This document shows positions 63,400 through 64,000 of a stretch of DNA of 64,000 nucleotides, in pieces (the first letter of the stretch is position 1; each line of letters starts with the position of its first letter). The stretch is taken from the NCBI GenBank assembly GCA_013265495.1, contig MU058213.1:5911149-5975148 (forward strand), in the 5' to 3' direction. This stretch comes from Vicugna vicugna (taxonomy: Eukaryota). Made by a program: the position numbers and the translations under genes. Under the pieces are notes generated by a model, which searched no databases, had not been told where the DNA came from, and was given only the letters and a program-made list of their open reading frames with translations.

Positions 63400-64000
63400 G
63401 TCACCAAAGTAACCAGTCCCTTCGAGGCCAAGAAATGCACGCGCTCACCATCGGTAAAGGCTGGGGACCGAGCGCCTCCCGGGTCTCCACGATCGCCCTC
63501 GGGAGGCCGCGCCGGCTGGTCGCAGCCCTCGCAGCCTGGCAGGGACGTCCCGGGGGAGGCAGGGGCGCGCTCGGCTGCGGCGGCCTGTCCCGGGCGGCTC
63601 GCGGGCCCCTGGAAGGCCGGTCCCGGCGCGCGGGGGCGGGGGCGCCGCAGGAGGGTCCTCCCCCACCCCGCGCGCGCGGGCGCCGCCCGGGGCCTCCCCA
63701 CCGCGCTGCCCCGCGGGACCCGGCGGCTGCGGTCGGCCGGGGACTGCGGCGGAAGTGGGGGTTCCGAGGCGCGGCCTAAGCTCGCCTTCCCGGACCTCGC
63801 CGGGCCTCACCTGCTTGAGTCGGGAGACGAGCACAGTCTTGACTCCGGTGATGTCCAAGTTCCGCCGCTTCAGCTCGGACTTGAGATCGATGACCCGCAG
63901 ATCGGTGATCTTTTTCCCTTCCGCCTGACCCGAGGCAGCCGGCGCTGCCACAGCACCGGTAGCGGCAGCCATTTTAGAAGAGCAGCGCGCCGCCGAGGCA
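63400..64000. promoter_or_regulatory. CpG island over SLTM exon 1 and the start of intron 1
   Basis: Abrupt switch to very high GC and CpG density; GC box gggggcggggg (~63632-63642), ETS-like gcggaagtg (63749-63757), YY1-like gccatttt (63968-63975). Confidence 0.92.
63811..63972 (-). CDS. SLTM: SLTM exon 1 (SAP domain)
   Basis: ATG at 63972; MAAATG...[33 protein letters not shown]; donor CAG|GTGAG; 162 nt. Confidence 0.97.

Larger units (their letters stand above)
22910..64000 (-). other. SLTM: SLTM gene locus (SAFB-like transcription modulator), 21 coding exons, predicted 1033 aa
   Basis: Manually spliced exons give one open frame of 3102 nt from [10 protein letters not shown]... to ...FKGGPPRRF*. 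It contains SAP, RRM ([15 protein letters not shown]), RE-rich and RG-rich regions typical of the SAFB family. The TSS may lie beyond the window. Confidence 0.97.

Noticed and set aside
63270..63810. GC-rich ORFs 63270..63701 (-), 63435..63779 (+) and the intronic extension of 63445..63972
   Set aside because: Stop-poor frames are expected in a CpG island; exon 1 ends at a canonical donor at 63810.
1..64000. CRISPR arrays, operons or other prokaryotic/viral defence systems
   Set aside because: No regularly spaced repeat-spacer array or compact gene cluster; the sequence is mammalian intron-exon and TE DNA throughout.

Overview
Mammalian genomic DNA, very probably a camelid (four copies of a short tRNA-derived SINE of the Vic-1 type). 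Positions ~22.9-64 kb carry the complete coding sequence of SLTM (SAFB-like transcription modulator) on the minus strand. I mapped 21 coding exons by hand, all with GT-AG junctions and matching phases. They total 3102 nt (1033 aa + stop): SAP domain, acidic region, RRM, Arg/Glu-rich coiled coil and Arg/Gly-rich tail, with a CpG island at the right edge and two AATAAA signals in the 3' UTR. The left ~18 kb is an intergenic pile of nested transposon fossils: several L1s, a degenerate class III (ERV-L-like) pro-pol provirus, Tigger1 and a SINE. Best leads: a candidate poison exon in SLTM intron 6, a perfect U1/5'-splice-site 9-mer between the two poly(A) signals, a young tailless 5'-half tRNA-Gly(TCC) retrocopy with a perfect 17-bp TSD, and an unexplained post-pol region in the ERV. 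The first two suggest a post-transcriptional dosage-control circuit, which is inference only. Repeat subfamily names and repeat boundaries come from visual recall of consensus sequences and are approximate. Almost all ORFs in the six-frame track are spurious.
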